From the NCBI GenBank assembly GCA_016699205.1, contig CP064964.1, positions 1,050,001 through 1,082,000 of the forward strand: a stretch of DNA of 32,000 bases, given 5' to 3'. This stretch comes from Candidatus Saccharimonadota bacterium (GTDB lineage: Bacteria > Patescibacteriota > Patescibacteriia > 2-12-FULL-60-25). The translations under genes and the position numbers were made by a program. Below are positions 9,943 to 18,898 of this stretch, in pieces. Numbering within the stretch: position 1 is the first letter of the stretch; each line of letters starts with the position of its first letter. A model generated the notes under the pieces. That model did no database searches, was not told where the DNA came from, and was given only the letters and a program-made list of their open reading frames with translations.

Positions 9943-11029
9943 ATTCAGCGGTGAGTGTTTGGAGGAGCGGATCTTCTGCGATTGGCGCTGGGGCTGGCAT
10001 CAGGAGGTTGTGGATCTCTTCAATGGTTTTCCAGATGAGCGGGGCGACGATCGGTTCATTCCCGGTTGAGGCGATGTTGATGCCGAGGGAAATCTTGTAG
10101 GTGCGGACAGAGGCTGTTTTGCAGACGTCGCGCTTGAGGCGTGCGTTATAGGTGCAGGTTTCAACCGGTTCCTCGATGTTGCCTCCTACTTCCATGCGTT
10201 CCACGCGATTTTTGGTGACGTTTAAGTTTACGACCATGAAGAGTTTGCTGAGATTTTTGCGGAGCTCGACGTATCGCTTGTTGATCGCCGTTACTTCCTC
10301 GCGATAGTATTTGTCGCGCTTCAAGGCTTTGATCTCGGCTTGCTGTACGGCGTTGATAAGGCTTGGGTTGATGCGGACGCGCAGACGGGTGATGTCATCG
10401 CCAGCGGCGTTCTTCATGCGCTTCTCGACGGCGATGACGCGGAAGATTGGAAGTTTGCGGATGGCGGCTTGGGCGGTGATTGATGCCGGGAGCTCGCCGG
10501 TGATGTTTTGGGAGGAAATGAGCGGGAGATTTTTCAAATCGTTTACGCCATTTGGAGCGTCCATCCCAACCCACGTGCCAATGATGGGAGCGATATCGAC
10601 TTCAAAGTTGGACTTGAGGAAATCGACAACCATGGTCGGAACTTGGGCGAGGCGGAAGTAGAGTTTGTCGCCGGTCATTTGCCATTCGATCGACATTGGC
10701 TGATCAAGCGCGAAAGCGATTTCTGATCCGCTTTCTACGCCTTTCATCGAGAAGCGTTCAAGCGAGAGCCGACCTTCTCCATTCTGTTTGTCCAAAACGC
10801 GCGTGCCGAGCTTGATGGCGATTTGGCCCGTCATGCCGCTGCCAGGCTTTCCGATCACGCGCTCGCCAATATCGAGCTTCATGTCCAAGTCGAGCTTGTA
10901 GCTGGTCATGGAATCCATGGCTTTGACGGCTTTGTCGAGAGATTGTTCAGGGGTGGCAGCGATTGCTGTCCATGGGAGGACAAGGGCGGTAAGACTCGCT
11001 GCGGCAAACCAACGCTTAAAGTGGATCAT
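9941..11029 (-). CDS. Secreted hypothetical protein (362 aa, signal peptide)
   Basis: The N-terminus MIHFKRWFAAASLTALVLPWTAIAATPEQ looks like a Sec signal peptide. The rest has no recognised domain. Confidence 0.65.
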   Translation of the reverse strand: MIHFKRWFAAASLTALVLPWTAIAATPEQSLDKAVKAMDSMTSYKLDLDMKLDIGERVIGKPGSGMTGQIAIKLGTRVLDKQNGEGRLSLERFSMKGVESGSEIAFALDQPMSIEWQMTGDKLYFRLAQVPTMVVDFLKSNFEVDIAPIIGTWVGMDAPNGVNDLKNLPLISSQNITGELPASITAQAAIRKLPIFRVIAVEKRMKNAAGDDITRLRVRINPSLINAVQQAEIKALKRDKYYREEVTAINKRYVELRKNLSKLFMVVNLNVTKNRVERMEVGGNIEEPVETCTYNARLKRDVCKTASVRTYKISLGINIASTGNEPIVAPLIWKTIEEIHNLLMPAPAPIAEDPLLQTLTAE

Positions 11030-11095
11030 ATGGCGGCAGTTTAACAGAGGGAATCGCCTTTACCAAACAGCTCAGGGACGGTATTCTCATGCGGT

Positions 11096-11395
11096 ATGGC
11101 ATTGACTCGAGACGAGATTACTCGCTTGGCAGAATTGTCCCGTTTGGCGCTCACAGACGAGGAATTGAAGCGTATGGAGGAAACGATCGATCCGGTACTT
11201 GAGTATGTCGGACGATTATCCAAGATCGATACGACTGGTGTTCCTGAAACTGAAGGCGATGTTTTGGTGCGTTTGCGCGATGATGTTGTTGATGGCAGCT
11301 CGGAAGGCGAGCGTACGGCGATTCTTTCTAATTTTCCGGACAAGGCTGGCGATGTTTTGCGCGTGCCTGGTGTCTTTGAAAAACCAAAAGGCTAA
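11096..11395 (+). CDS. gatC: Asp/Glu-tRNA amidotransferase subunit C
   Basis: The 99-aa protein reads ITRLAELSRLALTDEELKRMEETIDPVLEYVGRLSKIDTTGV and lies immediately upstream of gatA. Confidence 0.85.
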   Translation: MALTRDEITRLAELSRLALTDEELKRMEETIDPVLEYVGRLSKIDTTGVPETEGDVLVRLRDDVVDGSSEGERTAILSNFPDKAGDVLRVPGVFEKPKG

Positions 11396-11397
11396 TT

Positions 11398-12825
11398 ATG
11401 GGACTTCTTCTTGAGCAGACGATTCGATCCGCTGCGGACGGTTTGGCGTCCAAGGCGTTTTCGTCGATGGAATTAACGAAGGCGTATCTCGCACAGATTC
11501 GCGGATTGGATTTGGGCGTGCATGCCTACTTGGACGTTTTTGAGGGTACAGCGATGGATCAGGCGCATGCATCGGATGAGCGCCGCGCGGCAGGGAAATC
11601 GGCTGGCGTTTTGGATGGAATCCCGCTCGCGATCAAGGATAATATTTTGATACAAGATCAGCGCGCAACGGCCGGATCGCAAATCCTTGCCAATTATCGC
11701 GCCGCTTATGATGCGACGGTGATTACAAAATTGCGCGAGGCTGGGAGCGTATTTTTGGGCAAAACCAACATGGACGAGTTTGCCATGGGTTCATCGACTG
11801 AACGCTCTGCATTTGGTCCAACAAAGAATCCGCGCGACTTGGCCCGTGTTCCGGGAGGTTCGAGCGGCGGAAGTGCTGCAGCGGTTGCCGCTGATATGGC
11901 GATTGCTTCCCTTGGTTCTGATACGGGAGGATCGATTCGTCAGCCGGCTTCATTTTGCGGAATTGTCGGATTCAAGCCGAGCTATGGATCTGTTTCTCGC
12001 TCGGGATTGATGGCAATGGCTTCTTCACTCGACCAAATCGGGCCAATGACCAAGACGGTTGAGGATGCTGCTGTGTTGTTTGAGACGATTCGCGGAACGG
12101 ACAAACTGGATCAGACGACGGTTGATTTTGGTCAGATCAGCTATGAGACGCGACAAGACATGAAGGGTATTCGCGTCGGGATTCCGCGTCAGGCTTGGGG
12201 TGAAGGGATGACGGCGGGTGTACGTCGTCAGACGGAAGAGGCTTTGGAAACGATGAAGAAAGCCGGAGCCGAGCTGATTGAGATCGATTTGCCTTATGCG
12301 GATGAAGCGCTTGCTGTTTATTATGTCTTGATGCCGTGCGAGGTGTCGGCTAATTTGTCGCGTTTTGACGGCATGCGTTACGGACAGCGCGAGACTCGTC
12401 CGACATTGATTGAAACGTATCTCAAGTCGCGTTCGGAAAATCTTGGTGAAGAAGTGCGACGCCGCATCATGCTTGGGACGTACGCTTTGTCGAAGGGTTA
12501 TTATGATGCGTATTATCGACAAGCTCGAAAAGTGCAGACGCTGATCAGACGCGCTTATGCATCGGCTTTTGAACAGGTTGATGTGATTGTGACGCCGACG
12601 GCTCCATCCACGGCGTTTAAGCTGGGTGAGAAAATGTCTGATCCGCTGGCGATGTATTTGGAAGACGTATACACGGTTGGCGCAAACGTGGCAGGTCTTC
12701 CGGCGATTTCCGTACCTTGCGGAACGGATGAGGGCTTGCCGGTTGGATTGCAGTTTATCGGCAAGATGGGTGCGGACGGCGGATTGCTTTCAACGGCACG
12801 CGTGTTTGAGCATATTAATTTGTGA
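11398..12825 (+). CDS. gatA: Asp/Glu-tRNA amidotransferase subunit A (amidase signature family)
   Basis: GIPLAIKDNI, GKTNMDEFAMGSS and the amidase signature GGSSGGSAAAVAA...GSDTGGSIRQPA are all present. Confidence 0.95.
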   Translation: MGLLLEQTIRSAADGLASKAFSSMELTKAYLAQIRGLDLGVHAYLDVFEGTAMDQAHASDERRAAGKSAGVLDGIPLAIKDNILIQDQRATAGSQILANYRAAYDATVITKLREAGSVFLGKTNMDEFAMGSSTERSAFGPTKNPRDLARVPGGSSGGSAAAVAADMAIASLGSDTGGSIRQPASFCGIVGFKPSYGSVSRSGLMAMASSLDQIGPMTKTVEDAAVLFETIRGTDKLDQTTVDFGQISYETRQDMKGIRVGIPRQAWGEGMTAGVRRQTEEALETMKKAGAELIEIDLPYADEALAVYYVLMPCEVSANLSRFDGMRYGQRETRPTLIETYLKSRSENLGEEVRRRIMLGTYALSKGYYDAYYRQARKVQTLIRRAYASAFEQVDVIVTPTAPSTAFKLGEKMSDPLAMYLEDVYTVGANVAGLPAISVPCGTDEGLPVGLQFIGKMGADGGLLSTARVFEHINL

Positions 12826-13322
12826 TGTTATTTCAATTCGTATTTGACGGTGGCAACCTCACTAATTCTGTTCTTCCGAGCGGAACTGTTAATTTTGGTT
12901 CGGTACTGGGTATTGTTTTGCTAATTATTGTTGTTGGCTTGGTCCTCGTTATCGGCATTGCAACGGCGTTTCGCGCGTTTACTCGACCCTCACTTGAGGG
13001 ATTGGATCCAAAGCGTTTGACTGCTATGTGGGCGGAGATTGAGAAGACATCGGATCATGGATTGATGGGAGCAAAGCTCGCTGTTGTCGAGGCGGATAAA
13101 TTGCTCGACACGGTTTTGCGCAAACTGCACTTTCCGGGAGAGACGATGGGGGAGCGTCTCAAAACGGCTGCGTATAAATATCCAAATATTTCTAAAGTTT
13201 GGGGAGCGCATAAGCTACGCAATCAGCTCGTGCATGATGCAACGTTTGAGATCTCGATCCGTCAGGCCAAGTCGGCTGTCAGGGATTTTTATGCTGCGCT
13301 AAAAACACTAAATGTCTTTTAA
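12822..13322 (+). CDS. Membrane-anchored hypothetical protein with a C-terminal LRNxxxH (HEPN/DUF4145-like) motif
   Basis: The start (GTG 12822 or ATG 12825) overlaps the gatA stop. There is one TM helix (VLGIVLLIIVVGLVLVIGIATAF). The C-terminus reads VWGAHKLRNQLVHD. Confidence 0.6.
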   Translation: MMLFQFVFDGGNLTNSVLPSGTVNFGSVLGIVLLIIVVGLVLVIGIATAFRAFTRPSLEGLDPKRLTAMWAEIEKTSDHGLMGAKLAVVEADKLLDTVLRKLHFPGETMGERLKTAAYKYPNISKVWGAHKLRNQLVHDATFEISIRQAKSAVRDFYAALKTLNVF

Positions 13323-13394
13323 TGTCATTGCGAGTAGCAGCGAAGCAATCTTGAATCGCAGGATTGCTTCGTCGTCGGACTCCTCGCAATGACA
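13323..13394. repeat. Nested palindromic (double-hairpin) intergenic element
   Basis: The outer arms are tgtcattgcgag (13323..13334) and ctcgcaatgaca (13383..13394). The inner arms are cgaagcaatc (13341..13350) and gattgcttcg (13362..13371). Confidence 0.8.
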
Positions 13395-13402
13395 ATGGAT
13401 AT

Positions 13403-14178
13403 ATGATTCCCTATTTTGAACTGACTTCGTTTCCTATTCTTGGCGTGACATTCCAGACATGGGGAACGATTGTTGCCTTGGGGTATGCGCTTGGTACTTA
13501 TGTTGCTTGGAGACGGGCTAAAGAGAAGGGTCTTGATCCTGAGCGGATTTTGGATCTGGCTTTTGGATTTTCATCGGGGCGTTTTTAGGGGCGCGTATTT
13601 TTCATGTGGTGTTTTATGATCCGATGCATTATCTGGATCAGCCGCTTGATGCATTGGATCCGCGTAAGCCTGGATTTGCGATGTTTGGCGGGCTGCTCGG
13701 TGCAGCCGGTGTATTTTTCTATTACTGCCGATCGCGCGCGATTAGTTGGATTGCGTATGCTGATACACTGGTTTGGGGATTGCCGTGGGGCTGCGGGGTC
13801 GGTCGCATTGGTTGCTTTTTGATTCATGATCATCCCGGGACGCTTACGCATTCGTTTCTGGGCGTAAAATATCCGGATGGCCAGACGCGTCATGATCACG
13901 GTTTGTATTTGTCGATTATCGGTTTTGTAACAGGCTTTTTGTTTCTTTGGTTGAATCGCAAACAGCGACGTCCGGGTTTCTGGTTCGGTAGCTATATGGT
14001 GATCGAGGGTATTACGCGTTTTGGATTGGATTTTTGGCGTATTGTCGACAAGACATACTTGGGATTAACGCCAACGCAGTATGTGGCGATACCGATGATC
14101 GGGTTGGGCTTGTGGTTGATTCTTCGGAATACCTCACCCTCGGTCCCTCTCATTCGTAAGGAGAGGGAGGTCGTGTGA
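13403..14178 (+). CDS. lgt: Prolipoprotein diacylglyceryl transferase, reading frame broken once
   Basis: MIPYFEL...GTIVALGYALG...LDLAF (the end of ORF 13364..13588) continues as FWIFIGAFLGARIFHVVFYD... in the frame of ORF 13606..14178. The frames join if the T-run at 13561..13564 had one more T. The rest is typical Lgt (GGLLGA, GRIGCF, polytopic). Confidence 0.8.
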
Positions 14179-14184
14179 TAGAAT
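14176..14184 (+). promoter_or_regulatory. Extended -10 promoter (TGaTAGAAT) for a leaderless trxB mRNA
   Basis: TGATAGAAT lies at 14176..14184, and the lgt TGA stop supplies the TGn element. It is followed by 6 nt and ATG 14191. Confidence 0.45.
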
Positions 14185-14190
14185 GTCGGC

Positions 14191-15105
14191 ATGTTTGATT
14201 GCATCGTGATTGGTGGAGGACCGGCTGGAATGGCGGCGTCTGTCTATCTTGCGCGTCAAAAAATGAACTTTGCGATGTTCGCCGGAAATCTCGGCGGACA
14301 GGTGATTTGGTCGTCGGATGTCGAGAATTATTTAGGTATCCACCAGATTAGCGGTATCAAGCTGGTTGAGGCATTTGATAAACATTTGGAAGATTATCGT
14401 GAGGCGATGGAATTGCATGAGGGGGAGAAGGTAAAGCGCGTGACGAAAACCAAGGGCGGTTTTTCCGTTGAGACAGAGCGCGGCGCTTATCCGACAAGAA
14501 CCGTTTTGATTGCGACCGGTGCCGATCATCGCAAGCTTGGCGTTCCAGGAGAGGATGAATATACAATGAAAGGTATTTCGTATTGCGCGACATGCGATGC
14601 GCCTTTATTTGCCAACAAGGTCGTACATATTGTTGGTGGAGGGAATAGCGCTATGGATGCAGCGTTGTTTGCCGCTAAGTACGCGAAAGAAGTTCACTTG
14701 GTAACGATCAATGCCGAGCTTATGGGCGATGAGGTTATGAAGCAGCGTTGTTTATCGCAGGCTAATGTTCAGGTGCATGTTTCAACCAAGACGGTCGGAT
14801 TTGCGGGTAAGGCGATGTTGGAATCAATTATTTTAGCTGGAGCTGATGGAAAAGAGCGGGAAGTGCCTACGGAAGGTGTTTTCATTGAAATTGGTCTTAT
14901 GCCGCAGTCAGAGATGATCGACTTTGCGGCAAAGGATAAGTCGGGGCAGATTATTATCGATTCCCACAACCGCACGAATGTTGACGGGGTTTGGGCGGCC
15001 GGAGATGTTACTTCCGTGGCCTTTAAACAGATCGCGGTTGCGGTCGGAGAGGGGTCAAAGGCGGCTCTTGATATCATTCGTTACCTTCAATCTACGCAGG
15101 CTTGA
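14191..15105 (+). CDS. trxB: Thioredoxin-disulfide reductase
   Basis: The FAD-binding GGGPAG motif, the CATC redox centre, the NADPH-binding GGGNSAMD motif and the C-terminal GVWAAGDV motif are present. Confidence 0.9.
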   Translation: MFDCIVIGGGPAGMAASVYLARQKMNFAMFAGNLGGQVIWSSDVENYLGIHQISGIKLVEAFDKHLEDYREAMELHEGEKVKRVTKTKGGFSVETERGAYPTRTVLIATGADHRKLGVPGEDEYTMKGISYCATCDAPLFANKVVHIVGGGNSAMDAALFAAKYAKEVHLVTINAELMGDEVMKQRCLSQANVQVHVSTKTVGFAGKAMLESIILAGADGKEREVPTEGVFIEIGLMPQSEMIDFAAKDKSGQIIIDSHNRTNVDGVWAAGDVTSVAFKQIAVAVGEGSKAALDIIRYLQSTQA

Positions 15106-15170
15106 CAATAGAGCTGAAATTCTATGGCTGGCGTTGCGTAGTAAGGGTTGTCATGCCATTCTTTTAACCT

Positions 15171-15815
15171 ATGCAAGATGCTTCCAACAAGAATTTATTG
15201 ATCGGTGTTGCTGTAGTTGCGGTGCTCGTTTTTGGAGGGTTGGTGTGGGCGATTATGTCGGCTCCGACATCTGCCCCGCTAGCCAATGGTGAACTCATTT
15301 TTGATGACGTGAACGATCCGTTCATCGGACCTGAGAATGCTACGACGGTCGTCCGTCTGTACAGTGATTTCCAGTGTCCCGCGTGTCGAGCGGCCGAGGG
15401 TGGAGTCAATTACGCTATCGAAAAATACAAGGACAAGATCAAATTTGTCTGGAAAGATTTTCCTCTCATGACGATACACCCGAATGCGCGTCTTGCGGCC
15501 AATGCCGGACGATGCGCACAGGACCAAGGTAAGTTTTGGGAGATGAAGTCCAAGCTCTATGACGGACAGTCTAGCTGGGACTCGAGCCGCGACCCTTCAG
15601 CGGACTTTAGAGCTTACGCCTTACAGATCGGATTAAATGTCGATCAATTCAATACCTGTCTTGATAGCCGGGCGAATGATGCAAAAGTCATGGCCGCTTA
15701 CCAAGAAGGCGTACGGAACAATGTCGATCGGACGCCTACGACGTTTGTTGGCACGGAACGCTTGTTTAGCCTGACGCCGACCGAATGGGATCAAGCACTT
15801 GCCAATAAGCCGTAA
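15171..15815 (+). CDS. Membrane-anchored DsbA-family thiol:disulfide oxidoreductase
   Basis: An N-terminal TM helix is followed by a thioredoxin fold with a CPAC active site (YSDFQCPACR). Confidence 0.8.
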   Translation: MQDASNKNLLIGVAVVAVLVFGGLVWAIMSAPTSAPLANGELIFDDVNDPFIGPENATTVVRLYSDFQCPACRAAEGGVNYAIEKYKDKIKFVWKDFPLMTIHPNARLAANAGRCAQDQGKFWEMKSKLYDGQSSWDSSRDPSADFRAYALQIGLNVDQFNTCLDSRANDAKVMAAYQEGVRNNVDRTPTTFVGTERLFSLTPTEWDQALANKP

Positions 15816-15860
15816 ATAGATAGACGGCCCCTTTCATAACTGCTATTCTTCTACAAATTT

Positions 15861-16592
15861 ATGTCTCAAAACTTTTTTGACGGCGGTCCAAAAACAATGT
15901 TCTTTACCGGGCTTTTTCTCGGAATCGCCGTGTCGGCGGTTGTCGGGTTAGGGGTGACGTTGAATCTTGTCATGGGTGGTAACGCTTTAGCTGTCGGCGG
16001 TAATTCCGGTGCGTATGTTCCTCCGAGCGGAGCGCAGGCTCCGGCTGCTCAGGCTCCCGTCGCTGCTGGACCGTTGAAGCCAGTGAGTGCCAACGATCAT
16101 CTTTTGGGGCCTAAGAACGCAAAGGTTACCTTGGTTGAGTACTCGGATTTCCAGTGTCCGTTCTGCTCACGTCATCTCCCGACAGTGAAACAAGCGCTGA
16201 AGGATTTTCCGAACGAAGTAAACTTGGTTTATCGCCACTACCCGCTTTCCTTTCATCCGGAAGCTCAGAAGTCAGCTGAAGCTTCGGAATGTGCAGCTAA
16301 ACTCGGCGGCAACGATGCTTTCTGGAAGATGCATGATGAATTGTTCACGAATCAAGCAACTCTTAGCCGATCTCTTTATACCGAGCTTGCCAAGAAAATT
16401 GGTTTGAACACGGTTAATTTTGACAAGTGTCTCGATGGAGGTGAAATGGCAGCCAAGGTCAATACGGATTTGCAAGATGGTACAACGGCAGGTGTTGAAG
16501 GTACGCCGGCAACCTTTGTTAACGGTCAGCTTATTTCTGGCGCTGTACCGTACAGCGAGTTGAAAGCTGCTATCCAGGCTGCTCTTAAATAA
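15861..16592 (+). CDS. Membrane-anchored DsbA-family thiol:disulfide oxidoreductase (second copy)
   Basis: It has an N-terminal TM helix, an Ala/Pro-rich linker, a CPFC active site (YSDFQCPFCS) and GTPATFVNG. Confidence 0.8.
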   Translation: MSQNFFDGGPKTMFFTGLFLGIAVSAVVGLGVTLNLVMGGNALAVGGNSGAYVPPSGAQAPAAQAPVAAGPLKPVSANDHLLGPKNAKVTLVEYSDFQCPFCSRHLPTVKQALKDFPNEVNLVYRHYPLSFHPEAQKSAEASECAAKLGGNDAFWKMHDELFTNQATLSRSLYTELAKKIGLNTVNFDKCLDGGEMAAKVNTDLQDGTTAGVEGTPATFVNGQLISGAVPYSELKAAIQAALK

Positions 16593-16603
16593 GACCTCAT
16601 AAT

Positions 16604-16635
16604 AAAAAAATTCCTCCGGCCGGAGGAATTTTTTT
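16604..16635. terminator. Bidirectional rho-independent terminator (perfect palindrome)
   Basis: aaaaaaattcctccgg/ccggaggaattttttt is a perfect inverted repeat with an A7 tract and a T7 tract. It lies between convergent genes. Confidence 0.85.
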
Positions 16636-16636
16636 A

Positions 16637-17413
16637 TTATTCGAGCCCTGCCGTGAGATACATGATGGCGAGACCGAGGAACATCGCCAGTGTTTGCCAG
16701 GCACGCGTGCTAAGTTTTGGCTCCTCTTTAATTTCTGCAAACAAGTTTGTGCAAGCCATGTAGATCATGAATCCGGCGGCAAGCGGGATCGTCCACGTTG
16801 TCAGACGTGTCACAAATCCGGCGGCAAACCATGTTCCGACAACGCCTGCAATCATGGCCAAGGAAACCAGCAAGTTAAGCCAGAGCGCTTTCTTTTTGGA
16901 AAATCCAGAAGAAAGGAGTATGCCAAAATCGCCGAGCTCTTGTGGAATTTCGTGTAAACCGATCGCGACGGCGGTATTAAAGCCGAGCGTAGGATTCACA
17001 AGAAATGCCGACATGACGGTAATGCCGTCTGTAAAATTGTGTACGGCGTCTCCGATGAGATTCAGATAGCCGACCGGTTTTGCGGGAGTGTGATCATGTT
17101 CGTGATCGTGTAGTTCACGGCCTGCGTGGCTGTGATAAATCCAGAGCATGGAATCGAGGACAAAGAAGAGCAGGATGCCTGCTAATGCCCAAGTCAGTGC
17201 GTTAGGGGACGCTTCAATCGATTCAGGTAGGAGATGAAAGAACGCATTTCCGAGGAGCGCGCCGGCAGCAAAAGCGACAACAGCATGCTGAATAAACGCG
17301 GTCTGGCTCTTTTTCCACGCGAGACTGGCGTAACCCAGTAACGATAGAAGGCTCATGATGATGGCGGCTGATAAAGCTGGTAGCAGGGTTTCCATATGTG
17401 GATAACCTAGCAT
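16637..17413 (-). CDS. zupT: ZIP-family zinc/divalent metal transporter (ZupT-like)
   Basis: The polytopic protein carries the HEIPQELGDF signature and a His-rich loop (HDHEHDHTP). The start could be ATG 17413 or the in-frame ATG 17395. Confidence 0.85.
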   Translation of the reverse strand: MLGYPHMETLLPALSAAIIMSLLSLLGYASLAWKKSQTAFIQHAVVAFAAGALLGNAFFHLLPESIEASPNALTWALAGILLFFVLDSMLWIYHSHAGRELHDHEHDHTPAKPVGYLNLIGDAVHNFTDGITVMSAFLVNPTLGFNTAVAIGLHEIPQELGDFGILLSSGFSKKKALWLNLLVSLAMIAGVVGTWFAAGFVTRLTTWTIPLAAGFMIYMACTNLFAEIKEEPKLSTRAWQTLAMFLGLAIMYLTAGLE

Positions 17414-17419
17414 AGGTCC

Positions 17420-17448
17420 TTGACAAATGCAACTCTGTTGCGTTAAAT
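17420..17448 (+). promoter_or_regulatory. zur promoter (TTGACA-17-TTAAAT) with an embedded 8-3-8 palindromic operator (putative Zur box)
   Basis: TTGACA is at 17420..17425 and TTAAAT at 17443..17448, and ATG 17455 is 6 nt downstream. The palindrome AATGCAAC-tct-GTTGCGTT spans 17426..17444 in the spacer, between the divergent zupT and zur genes. Confidence 0.55.
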
Positions 17449-17454
17449 AGGTTC

Positions 17455-17847
17455 ATGCAAGAACGCCAAACCAAGTCCAAGCTCGCCATACGGGAGGTCC
17501 TGTCAGCTTCTCAGAAGCCGATGGCGGCTATGGAATTGGTTGAGGCTTTAGGAGGGCGCGGTTTATCGGTTAATAAAACGACGGTTTATCGAGAGCTTGA
17601 GAAATTGCTTTTGAAAGGCGAGATTTCGGAGGTTGATTTTGCAGATGGTCAGAAGCGTTACGAGATGACGCATGGCGATCATCACCACCACGCGGTTTGT
17701 ATGAGCTGTGAAGCGGTTGTCGAGCTTGAGATTGAGCCGCAATTGGAACAGATTCAGTCCTCGGTAGCCAAGCAGAGCGGGTTTCGTATTCAGAAGCATT
17801 TGGTTGAGTTTTTTGGGATGTGCGGATCCTGTTCTAAAACCGTATGA
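17455..17847 (+). CDS. zur: Fur-family metalloregulator, probably Zur
   Basis: It has a winged-helix N-terminus, HGDHHHHAVCMSC and GMCGSC metal sites, and is divergent from a ZIP transporter. Confidence 0.8.
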   Translation: MQERQTKSKLAIREVLSASQKPMAAMELVEALGGRGLSVNKTTVYRELEKLLLKGEISEVDFADGQKRYEMTHGDHHHHAVCMSCEAVVELEIEPQLEQIQSSVAKQSGFRIQKHLVEFFGMCGSCSKTV

Positions 17848-18803
17848 AGATTGCATTTGTCGGAAAAGGCGGAAGCGGGAAGACGACGATGTCGTCATTG
17901 TTCTGCCGACATCTTGCTTCCCATGGCAAGACGGTTTTAGCGATCGACGCCGATATTAATCAGCATCTTGCCGGGGCTCTTGGTGTTCCATCTGACCAAG
18001 CTGCCGCGATTCCTGCGATGGGAAATCTCTTAACCGAGATTAAAGATTATTTGCGCGGGACAAATCCATTGATTGGCTCTGCTTCACAAATGGTCAAAAC
18101 AACGCCGCCAGGGAATGGATCCCGGCTATTGCGTTTGAGTACGGTCGAGGCTTTTTTTGATCGTTTCGCCATCAAGCATGAAGGTATGCGTGTGTTGGCG
18201 ACTGGCGGATTTCAGGAAGAAGATTTGGGCGTCAAATGTTTTCATGCCAAAACCGGTGCAGCAGAATTGGTGCTGAATCATTTGGTTGATCGCAAGGATG
18301 AGTTTGTGATCGTCGACATGACGGCTGGCGCTGACGCATTTGCATCGGGTCTTTTTACCAAGTTTGATCTTACGCTGATTGTCGTGGAGCCGACCCTGGC
18401 CTCCGTAAGCGTTTATCGACAATACAAAGGCTACGCTTCCGAGTTTGGCGTTCCATTGGCGGTCATTGGAAACAAAGTCGTCGACTCGGAGGAGGAGGCG
18501 TTTTTACGAGAACAAGTGGGGGATGATTTGCTCGCCATTATTCCGTATTCAAAAGCGGTGAAAGCGCGTGATCGCGGAGATGCAACAGCTGCTGACGCGG
18601 ATCGTGAATTACTGGCAGCGTTCCATGTCCTTGAAGAGCGTTTGCAGCAGACGCAAAAAGACTGGAACCGTTTTTATCGTCATGCGGTTGAATTTCACCT
18701 GCGAAATGCCAAGAGTTGGGCAAATGCGAGTACGGGTATTGATCTCGCAACACAGATCGATCCGGACTTTGGTCCAGAGAACTTTGTCGCCGCATCAACT
18801 TGA
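17844..18803 (+). CDS. CooC/MinD-class (SIMIBI) P-loop ATPase, possible metallochaperone
   Basis: It carries the deviant Walker A motif KIAFVGKGGSGKTT, a Walker B motif VIVDMTAG, and a CooC-like region GVKCFHAKTG where CooC has CxC. Its start overlaps the zur stop (ATGA). Confidence 0.7.
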   Translation: MKIAFVGKGGSGKTTMSSLFCRHLASHGKTVLAIDADINQHLAGALGVPSDQAAAIPAMGNLLTEIKDYLRGTNPLIGSASQMVKTTPPGNGSRLLRLSTVEAFFDRFAIKHEGMRVLATGGFQEEDLGVKCFHAKTGAAELVLNHLVDRKDEFVIVDMTAGADAFASGLFTKFDLTLIVVEPTLASVSVYRQYKGYASEFGVPLAVIGNKVVDSEEEAFLREQVGDDLLAIIPYSKAVKARDRGDATAADADRELLAAFHVLEERLQQTQKDWNRFYRHAVEFHLRNAKSWANASTGIDLATQIDPDFGPENFVAAST

Positions 18804-18898
18804 TCGTATCCGGCCCTTTTGTCACGCGAAAGCGTGGCTGAAGGGTCGGACGCGATCGCGCTTATGCGACGCGAGGCCGACACCTCAAAGGGGGTTCC

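Noticed and set aside
12025-12522. A 165-aa minus-strand ORF inside gatA, together with other alternative-frame ORFs in gatA, ligA and the ABC genes (for example 25008..25625 and 24648..24941)
   Set aside because: They are antisense or out of frame relative to genes with unambiguous family motifs, and they have low-complexity Arg/Ser-rich translations.
11398-12825. Absence of gatB next to gatC-gatA as a possible anomaly
   Set aside because: gatB is frequently encoded elsewhere in bacterial genomes, so its absence here is not informative within one window.
13364-13402. N-terminal extension MLRRRTPRNDNGY of the lgt ORF
   Set aside because: It is a translation of the right half of the palindromic repeat. 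Lgt homology begins at MIPYFEL (ATG 13403).
15106-15170. A search for promoters, terminators or small RNAs in the trxB-dsbA and dsbA-dsbA intergenic regions (15106..15170 and 15816..15860)
   Set aside because: I could find no convincing hairpin, -35/-10 pair or conserved-looking structure, so these are treated as plain spacers.
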